Origin: an uncultured Bacteriovoracaceae bacterium
GTDB lineage: Bacteria > Bdellovibrionota > UBA1018
DNA length: 64,000 nt
NCBI GenBank assembly: GCA_964363305.1
Contig: CAYIHX010000019.1
Location: forward strand, 2,065-66,064
Direction of reading: 5' to 3'
Shown: positions 1 through 9,399 of the stretch, piece by piece
How the letters are laid out: each line of letters starts with the position of its first letter
How positions within the stretch are numbered: the first letter of the stretch is position 1
Translations under genes and position numbers: made by a program
Notes under the pieces: generated by a model
Told to the model about the DNA's origin: nothing
The model's input: the letters and a program-made list of their open reading frames with translations, nothing else
Database searches by the model: none

Positions 1-7
1 GGGCCCG

Positions 8-1720
8 ATGACTGGAGTTGACGTGATGGCCTGTATGTCCCTGGTCGGCGGCGTGGCTCGATTGGGAGTCGCGACGGTCCGGCTCGCGGGTTCAGTCGCG
101 AGCGTCGGCGTCGCGAGCGCCGGCGTGGAAGCGGGAGCGCAAGTCGCCGCTCGGACGGCATTGGCCGGAACCAGGAATGGATTGCGCAATGCGATTCGAC
201 TCACGATTCAACAAGGAGTCGAATCGGTCAGTACCGCGCGTAGCTTAGCCATGCTCGGTGGGTTCGGCGCTTACGGATACGTCGCGGGTTCGCACGCGGA
301 AGAAGGGGCACGCACCGCTTTGAACGATTCCATCGTCGCGTGTTCTCGCGGTGATTCGGAAGCATGCTCGCGCGTGACGGAGATGCGCGCGCAGTATGAG
401 CTCGCGGCTCGCAGCACGGGCTGGGAAGCTCTGGGAATGATGCTCGCTGGGATCGTCATCCCCGGCGGCATCGGTGATGAGATCAATACCGTCAAGACGA
501 CGCTCACCCAAGCCCGGCAACGATTGTCGACCGCTCTCGGTACAGCCAGCGATCTCGCCAATGTGGCGCGGGGCCGCGCGCTGACGACGGCTGAAGCGGC
601 TCGGATGCGTGAAGCTCGAACGGAAATTACAGCGGCTTCGCGTGCCGCATCGGATGCGTCGCGCCGAATATCCCGCCTGGTGGCCGACGGTCGCCGTCGT
701 GCGCAGGAACCGATTCTTGCTCGATTGCGGGAAGCGGGCGTGCCGCCTGCGGAGATTCGACGACGTTCAGGCCTCTTGCTCCAGGAGAACGGCGAACCGG
801 TCATGGTTCCACGCAGGGGATCCGGACCCGCGCTCGGTTTGAACGGCGAACCGGCGACGGTTTCGGGACGACGAGCCGAACCTGTGCTCGGTTTGAACGG
901 CGGACCGGCTACCGGCTCGGGGCGACAAGTCGAACCCGTGCTGGGTTTGAACGGTGAACCGGCCACGGTGTCGGGACGACGAGTCGAGCCCGTGCTGGGT
1001 TTGAACGGAGGCCCGGCCAGGGGACGCGGTGTACAAATGGAACCGGTTTCGATTCGAGGCGAGTTGTCGCCGGAATTGGCCGATGCTATTCTCGCTCGTT
1101 CCGCTCAAGGGGGGGACGCTCCGGCCGTTGCCACGCTGGGGGGCGGTGCGCGGACTCCGGGCTTCAAACCCGACGAGGTGCTCACCGTCGACGGAGCGAT
1201 TCGTCCTGCGATGCAAAGACTTCGAACTCGACTCGACTCGTTCTTCTCCAGTGGTCCGATGAGTGGTCGACGTCCGGCTCGAGTGAGCGAACCGACCGAA
1301 GTCATTCCTCGAGTGGTCTCTGCTGCCGAAGAATTGGTGGGTTTGGTTCGGGAAGGTCGGATATCTCCTGAAGAAGGCGCGCGACTGCTCGCTCAGGCGC
1401 GTCAGATTCAAGAGGATTTTCTTCCTATCCTGGAACAGACGATGCGTCGTCGGTTCCGTTTCTCGGAAGAAGAAGTCTCTCAATTCATCACAGATGCTCG
1501 AAGTCGTTTGAGCCGTGTAGGCGAAAGCATTCGAGATCGCGCCGGTCTTGAGGTGGCGGCACGCGCCCTGATCGATGATCCGTCGGCCGTATTGGCGAGA
1601 TCATTGGCGGAAGACGATGGAACGGGGCGAATGAAGTACTGCGGAGCGGAAAAAGCTGCGGGCTGTGGCAGTGGGCCGAGCTGTCCCTGCTCGGAAATTT
1701 GTACGCCGCGGGGCCGTTAG
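8..1720 (+). CDS. Large Ala/Gly/Arg-rich hypothetical protein (probably begins upstream of the window) with internal 18-aa repeats and a Cys-rich C-terminal tail
   Basis: 570-aa ORF open from the window edge; PxLGLNG(E/G)PAxxxGRxxE repeats; followed by a terminator. Confidence 0.7.
   Translation: MTGVDVMACMSLVGGVARLGVATVRLAGSVASVGVASAGVEAGAQVAARTALAGTRNGLRNAIRLTIQQGVESVSTARSLAMLGGFGAYGYVAGSHAEEGARTALNDSIVACSRGDSEACSRVTEMRAQYELAARSTGWEALGMMLAGIVIPGGIGDEINTVKTTLTQARQRLSTALGTASDLANVARGRALTTAEAARMREARTEITAASRAASDASRRISRLVADGRRRAQEPILARLREAGVPPAEIRRRSGLLLQENGEPVMVPRRGSGPALGLNGEPATVSGRRAEPVLGLNGGPATGSGRQVEPVLGLNGEPATVSGRRVEPVLGLNGGPARGRGVQMEPVSIRGELSPELADAILARSAQGGDAPAVATLGGGARTPGFKPDEVLTVDGAIRPAMQRLRTRLDSFFSSGPMSGRRPARVSEPTEVIPRVVSAAEELVGLVREGRISPEEGARLLAQARQIQEDFLPILEQTMRRRFRFSEEEVSQFITDARSRLSRVGESIRDRAGLEVAARALIDDPSAVLARSLAEDDGTGRMKYCGAEKAAGCGSGPSCPCSEICTPRGR
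827..1042 (+). repeat. Coding tandem repeat, 4 x 54 bp (plus a degenerate unit at 773-826)
   Basis: Units start at 827, 881, 935 and 989: PALGLNGEPATVSGRRAE / PVLGLNGGPATGSGRQVE / PVLGLNGEPATVSGRRVE / PVLGLNGGPARGRGVQME. Confidence 0.95.
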
Positions 1721-1738
1721 CTGGAAAAGTTTTATGCG

Positions 1739-1778
1739 GGCCTCGGCAGCTTCGGCGGTCGAGGCCTTCCCTTTTTTT
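1739..1778 (+). terminator. Rho-independent terminator
   Basis: GGCCTCGGCAGC-TTCG-GCGGTCGAGGCC stem with cUUCGg loop, then a T7 tract. Confidence 0.8.
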
Positions 1779-1840
1779 GTATCGTGTTGATCTAGGCTCT
1801 CATGGGTTTTGGCTAGCCTCTATGCTAAGATGGTGCGCAT

Positions 1841-2173
1841 ATGTCCCGCAAACCCGACGACTACTTCATCCTCGACGCCGCCCATATCGATCCCGCGCGC
1901 CTGAAGCGCGAGCGGGAGAAAGCGCGCGAGCTGCGCAAGTCGGCGGCGTGGAAGCGCAAGCTCGCGGCGGGTCTCTGCCATTACTGCGGTGAAAAATTCT
2001 CCGCGAAAGGGCTCACGCTCGACCACCTCGTGCCGCTTGCGCGCGGGGGCACTTCGACCTTGGGCAACTGCGTGCCCGCGTGCAAGAAGTGCAACTCCGA
2101 GAAGGGCCTGCGCACGCCGGTCGAGGATATCTTCGCTCAGCTTGAGGCCGAGCGCCGCGCGCGCGGGGAGTAA
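1841..2173 (+). CDS. Small HNH endonuclease
   Basis: CHYC...LTLDHLVPLARGG...NCVPACKKCN zinc/HNH motif. Confidence 0.92.
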   Translation: MSRKPDDYFILDAAHIDPARLKREREKARELRKSAAWKRKLAAGLCHYCGEKFSAKGLTLDHLVPLARGGTSTLGNCVPACKKCNSEKGLRTPVEDIFAQLEAERRARGE

Positions 2174-2214
2174 GCGCGAGCGTTGTGAGCGGGCGAGTAA
2201 GTGTGCGAGCGCGC

Positions 2215-2281
2215 GGGAATTTCATTCCCGGAGCGGCGCAATGAAGCGCGTTCATTGCGCCGCTCCGGGAATAGGATTCCC
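2215..2281. repeat. REP/REPIN-like long palindrome, copy 1
   Basis: 22-bp perfect stem 2224-2245/2251-2272 (ATTCCCGGAGCGGCGCAATGAA) with an imperfect GGGAAT/ATTCCC extension; sits at the 3' end of the RAYT gene. Confidence 0.9.
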
Positions 2282-2307
2282 ACTTGCTCGGAGCGCTGAC
2301 CGCAGGA

Positions 2308-3120
2308 TTAAGGAATAAGGTCCTTTCTCAAAAAGCGCGGATCTCGAATCAAGCTCAGTAGCGCGGACTGTTCCGCGGCCGGAAGCGCCCCCGCCCTTTC
2401 TCGGCGTCCATAGAGTGTAGAGAATGGAAGCTCGAGTGCGCGGGCGACCCGAGGTCCCGGCTGCTCGAGGACATCCACGAGGAGGGGAATCGCCCGGCGT
2501 GAAATCTCCAGGCAGTCTCGAGCGAGAGACTTCGGGCTGCGACTGTAGTGGCGGGCGGCTGCTTCGACGGCGCGAGGATGCGCGAGCCAAATTTCGCTCG
2601 GGCTGGTCCGTAGCGATGGAGGAGCAGTGCCGGCGATCGCTACGCTGGGGTCTCCAGAGAGGTAAGAATGCAGGGCGGGAATGCTACCCACCTCTTTTTG
2701 CTTCATCCACGATTGAAGCTGCTTCATTCCGACCCACGGTTGAGCGGTTAGCCCCAGGACGTCCCGATAGGTCGACCACTCCCACTCGAGCGGATCAGCG
2801 CAAAGGCGCTTGCGGCAAGGGTTCAGAAGCACGTACCGAATCTGGCGAAGAAGGTGATGTTGATCACGTACCGGCTCGGGAGGCGGTGGCGACTCCCACC
2901 GGGTCCCGGGCATCCGTGCGAGTGCGCGAGTGAGTTCGTTGATCGCGGGCCCGAGCTCGGAAAGGACGGCGAGGCAGTGAAAATGATTCGGCATGATGAT
3001 CGCCGCAGCCACTTGTGAAAACGACCGCTGAAGACGCTGCCAAAGCCAGTGGCAGGCTGCGCGTTCATTGAAGGGTGTGGCTCCCCAGCGTGTTCTCATC
3101 GTGATGTGGAAGAATTTCAT
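2308..3120 (-). CDS. REP-associated tyrosine (HUH, Y1) transposase, RAYT-like, with a C-terminal HTH-like extension
   Basis: FHITMRT, IMPNHFH (HUH), RYVLLNP, WEWSTY motifs; flanked on both sides by related palindromes. Confidence 0.88.
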   Translation of the reverse strand: MKFFHITMRTRWGATPFNERAACHWLWQRLQRSFSQVAAAIIMPNHFHCLAVLSELGPAINELTRALARMPGTRWESPPPPEPVRDQHHLLRQIRYVLLNPCRKRLCADPLEWEWSTYRDVLGLTAQPWVGMKQLQSWMKQKEVGSIPALHSYLSGDPSVAIAGTAPPSLRTSPSEIWLAHPRAVEAAARHYSRSPKSLARDCLEISRRAIPLLVDVLEQPGPRVARALELPFSTLYGRRERAGALPAAEQSALLSLIRDPRFLRKDLIP

Positions 3121-3244
3121 GTGGGAATTGAAAGCAAGGAGCGTGCTCGTGTGAGGTCCTGGGAGGAGGCAGGCCCGTATCCTGTGCGGTCGGATTTCGG
3201 ACGCCTAGAATGACATCGCTACGGTTGAGTGGGGAAGGTTGGGT

Positions 3245-3313
3245 TGGGAATCCCATTCCCGGAGCAGCGCAATGAAGGCGCTTCATTGCGCTGCTCCGGG
3301 AATGGGATTCCCA
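3245..3313. repeat. REP/REPIN-like long palindrome, copy 2
   Basis: 33-bp perfect stem TGGGAATCCCATTCCCGGAGCAGCGCAATGAAG, 3-nt loop; near-identical to 2215-2281. Confidence 0.93.
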
Positions 3314-3396
3314 CTCGCCCGGGCGCGCCCCGCGCGCAACACGCGAGCAGCGCTCGACTCGGCGCCGCGCCCGCGCTACCCTCGGAAGCACACTGC

Positions 3397-4410
3397 ATGG
3401 ATGCAAAGAACTCCTTCTTCTCTCTGACGCCTGAGCGCGTCCTGGCCGCCGTCGAGGGCGCGGGCTTTCAGGCTACGGGGCGCTGCTCGGCGCTCAATAG
3501 CTTCGAGAACCGCGTCTATGACGTTGAGCTCGAACCGGAGTCGGTGCCCTCACCCGCGGACGGGGGCACCCCTCACCGCAGCTATTATTCGCGCGTCGTG
3601 AAGTTCTATCGGCCCGGTCGATGGTCGCGCGAGCAGCTCCTCGAAGAGCATGAGTTTCTCCATGACCTTCAAGAAGACGAAATCCCCGTCATTGCGCCGA
3701 TTCAGTTTGACGATGGCACGACTTTACGTCAAATCCCTGACAGCGGGATCTACTACGCGCTTTTTCCCAAGGTGGGAGGGCGGGCCCCCGATGAGCTCAC
3801 GGAAGAACAGCTTCGGCAGATCGGTCGTCTCATCGGGCGCATTCATGGGGTGGGCGCTCGCAGGCCGGCACCGCATCGAATCGAACTTTCGCCGCTGACT
3901 TATGGTCGGCAAAACCTGCAGTACCTGCTTGAGCAGCGCTGGATCCCTCCCGAGTTCGAATCGAGATATCGCAATGCCGTTGAGCGAATTTGCGGTAGGA
4001 TTGAACCTTGGTTTGAGAAGGTGCAGGTTCAACGCATTCACGGCGATTGTCACTTGGGCAATCTGTTGTTCAGTCAAGAAGGTCCGGTTTTTCTTGATTT
4101 CGACGACATGGTGAGAGGGCCGGCCGTGCAGGACCTCTGGCTTCTCCTCCCCAACCGGGGGGGCGGCAATCAAAGAGAGTTGGAGTCTTTGTTGGAAGGT
4201 TATGAGGAGATGAGGTCGTTTCACCGGTCGCAGCTGAAGTTGATCGAGCCACTGCGGGCGCTGCGGTTCGTGCACTACACCGCCTGGCTGGCGCGTCGCT
4301 GGGAAGATCCGGCTTTTCCACCGGCCTTCCCGCAGTTCAACTCCCATCGCTACTGGAACGATGAGACGGCGGATCTCGAACAACAGCTTCGACTCATTGA
4401 GGACGCATGA
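3397..4410 (+). CDS. srkA: Stress-response Ser/Thr kinase SrkA (RdoA/YihE)
   Basis: LNSFENRVY, VVKFYRPGRW, RIHGDCHLGN, DFDD, RRWEDPAFP; start moved to MDAKNS because the upstream extension is REP-derived. Confidence 0.93.
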   Translation: MDAKNSFFSLTPERVLAAVEGAGFQATGRCSALNSFENRVYDVELEPESVPSPADGGTPHRSYYSRVVKFYRPGRWSREQLLEEHEFLHDLQEDEIPVIAPIQFDDGTTLRQIPDSGIYYALFPKVGGRAPDELTEEQLRQIGRLIGRIHGVGARRPAPHRIELSPLTYGRQNLQYLLEQRWIPPEFESRYRNAVERICGRIEPWFEKVQVQRIHGDCHLGNLLFSQEGPVFLDFDDMVRGPAVQDLWLLLPNRGGGNQRELESLLEGYEEMRSFHRSQLKLIEPLRALRFVHYTAWLARRWEDPAFPPAFPQFNSHRYWNDETADLEQQLRLIEDA

Positions 4411-5576
4411 TGAAAGTGATGAAAAATTGGACAGTGACGATTTTCGGTGTTTTAGCTCTCTGTATGGCTTCGGCGCGTGCCGAGCAGCCGGCCGTCTATC
4501 TTCCTGATCTTTTTCCGGACGTTCCGGCCACCGATTACCTGGCGGCTTCGGATGGCGAGCCGGACGTAGGCTTTTGCTCGAAGTGGAATCCGGAGTGGGG
4601 CCTGCGTGGCCATCAATGCTGCGGAAATCGCCGGGCCTACAAGTCGAAGATCAAGTCGAATCGATGTTCGCCTCGAAGGTGGAAGTCGAGCTACTGCGAC
4701 GAGATGACCGAGGAACAGCGCGAGTACACGCGCGCGGCCGTGAACGGAGAGCTGGGCGATTTGCTTGATGTCATCATCGGAGACATGAACCGCCGCATTC
4801 GGAATCAGGCTCAGTGTAGCGTGAGCAACGGGTTCTTGGCTTGGGGTCGGAGGATTATTCCCACGGACCAGAATCGCATCCGCCTGAGAACGCCCTTTCG
4901 TTGTACGGATTTCGGAACCGATGGCATGGTGGGCATGCTTGAATGGCTGGGCCATGAGGTCGATACGCAATACCAGGCTCCCGAGTTTTCGCGGGTCAGC
5001 GTTCTCGTGGGTGACATCGCCGCGCCTCGAGGCGGCTGCCTCGCGGGGCGTTTCGGGCGGCGGGGACATCTTTCCCATACGTCGGGGCAGGACGTAGACC
5101 TTGGTTTTCTTCATGCCAAGGCGAAGCAAGCGTCGCCGGCGGCCTTTACCAAGAGCTTTGACGGCGATGAGAACTGGTGGTTCATCAAGAAAATCTTTCA
5201 GAACCCGTTTGCATGCGTGAAGATGATGCTGCTCGATCACCGTCATATTCGTCGACTCGCAAAAGCGGCAGGCAATGATCCGCTTTGGCCCATGCTACGA
5301 CCCTACATCAAGCATGCCCGCCACCATCGAAACCACGTTCATGTGCGGCTGGGTGAATTTCCGGGAGCACCCGGTTGCGATGCAGGCCCCGAAACTATTT
5401 TGGAAGAAGAGGAAGGCGATCCAGGTGACGCGGACCTTGAGCCCACGCCCGGGGTGGGGCTGCCGTTGGTTGAAAACACGGTGATCAACACGGATCGTTC
5501 GCCCGCGACGTTGGCTCGCCCGATTTTTCATTTTGCGACGCCCCTTCGAACTGCCGTCGGCCCGAGAGCATATTGA
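4407..5576 (+). CDS. Secreted penicillin-insensitive murein endopeptidase (MepA-like) with a Cys-rich N-terminal region
   Basis: Signal peptide; VGDIAAPRGG, HLSHTSGQDVD and HRNHVHVR zinc motifs. Confidence 0.8.
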   Translation: MMKVMKNWTVTIFGVLALCMASARAEQPAVYLPDLFPDVPATDYLAASDGEPDVGFCSKWNPEWGLRGHQCCGNRRAYKSKIKSNRCSPRRWKSSYCDEMTEEQREYTRAAVNGELGDLLDVIIGDMNRRIRNQAQCSVSNGFLAWGRRIIPTDQNRIRLRTPFRCTDFGTDGMVGMLEWLGHEVDTQYQAPEFSRVSVLVGDIAAPRGGCLAGRFGRRGHLSHTSGQDVDLGFLHAKAKQASPAAFTKSFDGDENWWFIKKIFQNPFACVKMMLLDHRHIRRLAKAAGNDPLWPMLRPYIKHARHHRNHVHVRLGEFPGAPGCDAGPETILEEEEGDPGDADLEPTPGVGLPLVENTVINTDRSPATLARPIFHFATPLRTAVGPRAY

Positions 5577-5598
5577 TCTATTTTTCGAGCCGGAGATA

Positions 5599-7383
5599 AT
5601 GAAGGCATCCATGGGTATCGTTCCATCGTCGGCTCCGTCCCCGGTTCTCTTTTCGGCGAAGACCCGCGCTCATTCGCTCAAGCGTCTGCAGGAGGAGACC
5701 TTCGATCTCCTGGTCATCGGCGGAGGCATCACCGGAGCCGCCGTCGCGCGAGACGCCGCGATGCGGGGCTTGAAAGTCGCGCTCGTCGAGAAAAGCGACT
5801 TCGCCTTCGGGACCTCTTCTCGGAGCAGCAAGCTGATTCACGGGGGGTTGCGGTATCTGGAGAAGTTCGAATTCAGCCTCGTGTTCGAAGCGCTGAGAGA
5901 GCGAACGCTTCTCTTGAAGACGGTGCCGACGCTCGTGCGGCCTTTGCCGTTCTATTTTCCGGTCTATCGCAAGGATCGCCCCGGCAAGTTCATTCTCGGG
6001 TTAGGGATGTGGTTCTACGACATGCTGGCCCTTTTTCGCACCCCGGGCTTTCATCGCTCCCTTTCGAAACGCAGCATGCTCAGGGAAATCCCTGCGCTGC
6101 GCGCGGAGGGTCTGAAGGGTGGCTATCGATATTTCGACGCGTCCATGTGGGATGACGTGCTCGCGATTGAGATCGCCCGCTCGGCCCAGGGCGAAGGCTC
6201 CGCGATCGTGAATTATGTGGAGGCGCTCGAGCCAGTGTGGAGCGGCGGGACGCCTGAGAAGGGAGCGATTTCCGGTTTTCGAGTCAAGGATCGCGAGCCG
6301 GAAGCGCTCGGTGGGAGTCCGGCCACCGACTTTGTCGTCAAGGCGAAGCGGACGGTCGTGTGTCTGGGGCCGTACACGGATTTACTCGGCCCGAAGCTTT
6401 CGAAGGGTTGGAAGCCAAGGCTGAGCCCGAGTAAAGGCGTCCATCTGGTTTTTGACCTCGGGCGGATTTCCGTGCCTGGCGCGGTGGTGATGACTCACCC
6501 GGAGGATGGGAGAATCGCGTTCGTGATTCCGCGTCCTGATTACGGAACCGGGGTCGTGATCGTCGGGACGACTGATGGATCGACCGGCGATGATCCGGAC
6601 CGAGCGGAGATCTCGAGCGCGGACGTGAGCTACCTTCTCGATCTGTTGAATCGTTTTTTCCCGACGCTGGGGCTCAAAACCTCGGATATCCTCAGCGGTT
6701 ATGTAGGTGTGCGTCCGTTGGTGGCGTCGTCCTCAGGCATTGGGGCGGACTCAGCAGCTCTCCAGAAGGTGAGCCGGGAACATCATATCGAGGAAGGGCC
6801 CGGAGGCGTCGTCTGGGTAGCGGGCGGGAAGTACACCACTCATCGTACGATGGCGGCTGAGGTCGTTGATACGGTACTGAAGCGCTGGACGCTGCGGCAT
6901 CAGGAAGGGCTCGCGCCCGAGGGGCCTGGGCTGCTGAAAGAAGCACTGACTCGGAAGCCCCCATCCGGGGGTCTCAGTGGAGTAGAAATTTTGGAGGCGA
7001 AGATCGCCGCACTTCGGGACGGAGTGAGGGTCCATCCTCGGCTTTGGGAGCGCTACGGAGCCGCCGCGCCGGAAATTGTCGCTTTGAATACCGCTCATCC
7101 GTCGATCAGCGGTATCAGTGACCCTCCGGGGTTTCCTTTCCTTGAAGCGCAGCTTCGGTTTTTGATGCGGTACGGGATGGTGATGCATCTCTCCGACTTT
7201 TACTTTCGTCGAACGGGTCTCTTTCTTTCGCGGGCCGACCATGGCTTGCCGTGGCTCGATGCACTTTCTAAAATTTGGGCAACTGAGCGCGGCCTGGGTG
7301 GCGAAGCCGCAGGCCGTGAACGCACTCGAACCGAGGGGCAGATCGTGGAGCGCGTGGCTGCGGTGCCGGGCTCCAAATTTTAA
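5599..7383 (+). CDS. glpD: FAD-dependent glycerol-3-phosphate dehydrogenase
   Basis: GGGITG, GTSSRSSKLIHGGLRYL, GVRPL, GGKYTT. Confidence 0.93.
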   Translation: MKASMGIVPSSAPSPVLFSAKTRAHSLKRLQEETFDLLVIGGGITGAAVARDAAMRGLKVALVEKSDFAFGTSSRSSKLIHGGLRYLEKFEFSLVFEALRERTLLLKTVPTLVRPLPFYFPVYRKDRPGKFILGLGMWFYDMLALFRTPGFHRSLSKRSMLREIPALRAEGLKGGYRYFDASMWDDVLAIEIARSAQGEGSAIVNYVEALEPVWSGGTPEKGAISGFRVKDREPEALGGSPATDFVVKAKRTVVCLGPYTDLLGPKLSKGWKPRLSPSKGVHLVFDLGRISVPGAVVMTHPEDGRIAFVIPRPDYGTGVVIVGTTDGSTGDDPDRAEISSADVSYLLDLLNRFFPTLGLKTSDILSGYVGVRPLVASSSGIGADSAALQKVSREHHIEEGPGGVVWVAGGKYTTHRTMAAEVVDTVLKRWTLRHQEGLAPEGPGLLKEALTRKPPSGGLSGVEILEAKIAALRDGVRVHPRLWERYGAAAPEIVALNTAHPSISGISDPPGFPFLEAQLRFLMRYGMVMHLSDFYFRRTGLFLSRADHGLPWLDALSKIWATERGLGGEAAGRERTRTEGQIVERVAAVPGSKF

Positions 7384-7396
7384 GTGAGTTACAAAC

Positions 7397-8248
7397 TCAG
7401 AACAAATGAACCTTCATCCCTTCCTTTTGCAGGAAGGTCCGAATCGTCTTGGAGTCGAGCGGTTCGAGGCGCCAGAGCAATTCGTAAAGAAGCTTCTGCG
7501 TTTTCTCGCCCTCGGGTGTGCCCATTTTCGAGGTGATCTTCTTTACGTCCTGCGTGATCACGATGAGGTTGTCGACCAGCTTGGCCAAGTCAGTCTTGAA
7601 AACCGCGCTCTTGTCGACCCAGGCGAGCGTCTTGTTGAGACTGCCGCTCAGTTTATAGATGAGGTCGAGCGAGCGAGCTAAGTCGCCCTTGTTCTCTTCG
7701 ATGATGTCGGCGATCTTCCCGGCCAGGTCGAAACTCTGCGAAAGCAGTTGATCGATGCGAGGAGGGTCGACACCCGCCACGGTGGCGCCGGCTTGCAGAC
7801 GTGGCGCACCGAAGGTTCCGGGCGTGATCTCGATGTATCTTTCTCCGATAATACCCGCCAGGTTGATGTAGAACCGACTGTTTTCGCGCAGGCCCAGGGC
7901 GGCGTCTTTGCGCACGGACACCTTCATCCGGAGCGGAAGCACGGCCTTGCTGTCGGGATCAGCCGCGGAAACCGAAGCTTCGCCTTCGGCGCTGCCTGGC
8001 TCCTTAATTCCTACTTTTGAAGCGGCCGTGGAGACGAAGAACTCGATGCGTTCGACCTTGCCGACTTTGATGCCTGAAACTCGAACGGGTGAACCGACCT
8101 CGATGCCGCCGGCAAAGTTGTAAGTGACGTAAAAGGTCTGAGATTGTTGAAAGGGATTCTCGACTCCGATTGCCCAAGCGAACACAAGAGCGAGAATACC
8201 GGTGCCGAGGACGAGCCCCCCAACCTTGGCTTCATTCGTAAGTTTCAT
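7397..8248 (-). CDS. mlaD: MlaD/MCE-domain protein
   Basis: EAKVG TM start; GIEVGSPVRVSGIKVGKV; GIIGERYIEITPG. Confidence 0.88.
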   Translation of the reverse strand: MKLTNEAKVGGLVLGTGILALVFAWAIGVENPFQQSQTFYVTYNFAGGIEVGSPVRVSGIKVGKVERIEFFVSTAASKVGIKEPGSAEGEASVSAADPDSKAVLPLRMKVSVRKDAALGLRENSRFYINLAGIIGERYIEITPGTFGAPRLQAGATVAGVDPPRIDQLLSQSFDLAGKIADIIEENKGDLARSLDLIYKLSGSLNKTLAWVDKSAVFKTDLAKLVDNLIVITQDVKKITSKMGTPEGEKTQKLLYELLWRLEPLDSKTIRTFLQKEGMKVHLF

Positions 8249-9396
8249 GCTGCTTTATTCTGTAGCACGTCACGGGCTTGGACTTCCACCACCTCGGTTG
8301 CCTGGTTCAGATCGTTTTCGTTAAATTTGTTTCTAAACCACTTCATGATGGTGGCAAGTACCTCGGGGTTGAAGAATTCAGGGAAGGTACGGACCTTCTC
8401 CATCTTTTCGATTTCGTCGAAGGCCTCCCGCAACGTTCGGGGCTGGCCGTCCCAAAGGCCCGTAGAGAACTTGGAAAGCATGTCGGCGAGGGCCAGGATC
8501 TGGGCGATGTCATCGACCTTGAAGCCCTTCAGATTCTGAGGGTAGCCGCTACCGTCGAACTTTTCATGATGCTGGCCCACGATGGTGAAGACGCGTGGGT
8601 TGGTCTTTGGATGGAAATCTTTGATCAGCTCGTTGGAGTACTGCACGTGCAGGCGGTAGGGGTTGTCCTGCGGAGGCGAGAAGCCCTTGCTGATCAGGGG
8701 AATGCACTGGACGGGAACCTGGGTGAGGCCGACATCGTGAATGAGGGCCGCAAAGGCGAGATCGGCCACGAGGGCCTTGTCGATCCGGCCAAACGCCATG
8801 GATAGGACGACCGCGTAGGTCGCCGTCGTGATGCCGTGTTGGAGGTGTGCGTCCCCCTCTGCGGCACCCCAGATTTCGGCCGCGACGCTTTCGAGGTGTT
8901 CGGCCGTTGATTCGAGGATGTCCTGCACCATCTGCTTCATCTTCTTGTCTCGTGCGCCCTGTTCCTTGGCATTTTTCGCGGTCGTCGCCTCGGCTAAGGC
9001 ATTCTGGGCGGCTTTTGCGACGACGACCTGCTTCTGGTCTTTTGTGAGCTCCTTGGAATCCATGACGGCCGTGATGAAGGCTCCCTCGTGGGTTTGCTTC
9101 GCCGCGACCGGGGGCGGAGGAAGAGGCGCGGTCGGTACTACCGCCGGTTCGACTGGAGCCGCGTGGTAGGCGCGAAAGGCGGCTACATCGCTTTTGTGGA
9201 TCCAGATCTGTTTGAGGTGGCGGTTGCGGTATTTATTGAGAACCTCGGCGCTCGGTGACTCGCCATTCCGGAGGAAGACGATGACGTGCGCGTTGGCTTG
9301 AAAATAGAGATGAACATCGAAGGTGAGGACCTTGCCGGCCTTGATCGTATCGAAGGACGCTTCGAAGTAGTCCGAAATACTCTTCGATCGGATCAT
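8245..9396 (-). CDS. HD-GYP cyclic-dinucleotide phosphodiesterase
   Basis: ALIHDVG, HHEKFDGSGYP, LADM. Confidence 0.9.
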   Translation of the reverse strand: MIRSKSISDYFEASFDTIKAGKVLTFDVHLYFQANAHVIVFLRNGESPSAEVLNKYRNRHLKQIWIHKSDVAAFRAYHAAPVEPAVVPTAPLPPPPVAAKQTHEGAFITAVMDSKELTKDQKQVVVAKAAQNALAEATTAKNAKEQGARDKKMKQMVQDILESTAEHLESVAAEIWGAAEGDAHLQHGITTATYAVVLSMAFGRIDKALVADLAFAALIHDVGLTQVPVQCIPLISKGFSPPQDNPYRLHVQYSNELIKDFHPKTNPRVFTIVGQHHEKFDGSGYPQNLKGFKVDDIAQILALADMLSKFSTGLWDGQPRTLREAFDEIEKMEKVRTFPEFFNPEVLATIMKWFRNKFNENDLNQATEVVEVQARDVLQNKAA

Positions 9397-9399
9397 GGG

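Noticed and set aside
827-1042. Regularly spaced repeats as a CRISPR array
   Set aside because: In-frame coding repeats with no unique spacers and no cas genes
1841-3120. HNH nuclease next to an HUH transposase as an IscB/TnpB-like RNA-guided element
   Set aside because: The HNH is a 110-aa stand-alone type without RuvC or bridge helix, is convergent with the transposase, and lies outside the palindrome-bounded unit
3229-3396. N-terminal extension of SrkA
   Set aside because: It is read-through of the REP palindrome; the family-like sequence starts at 3397
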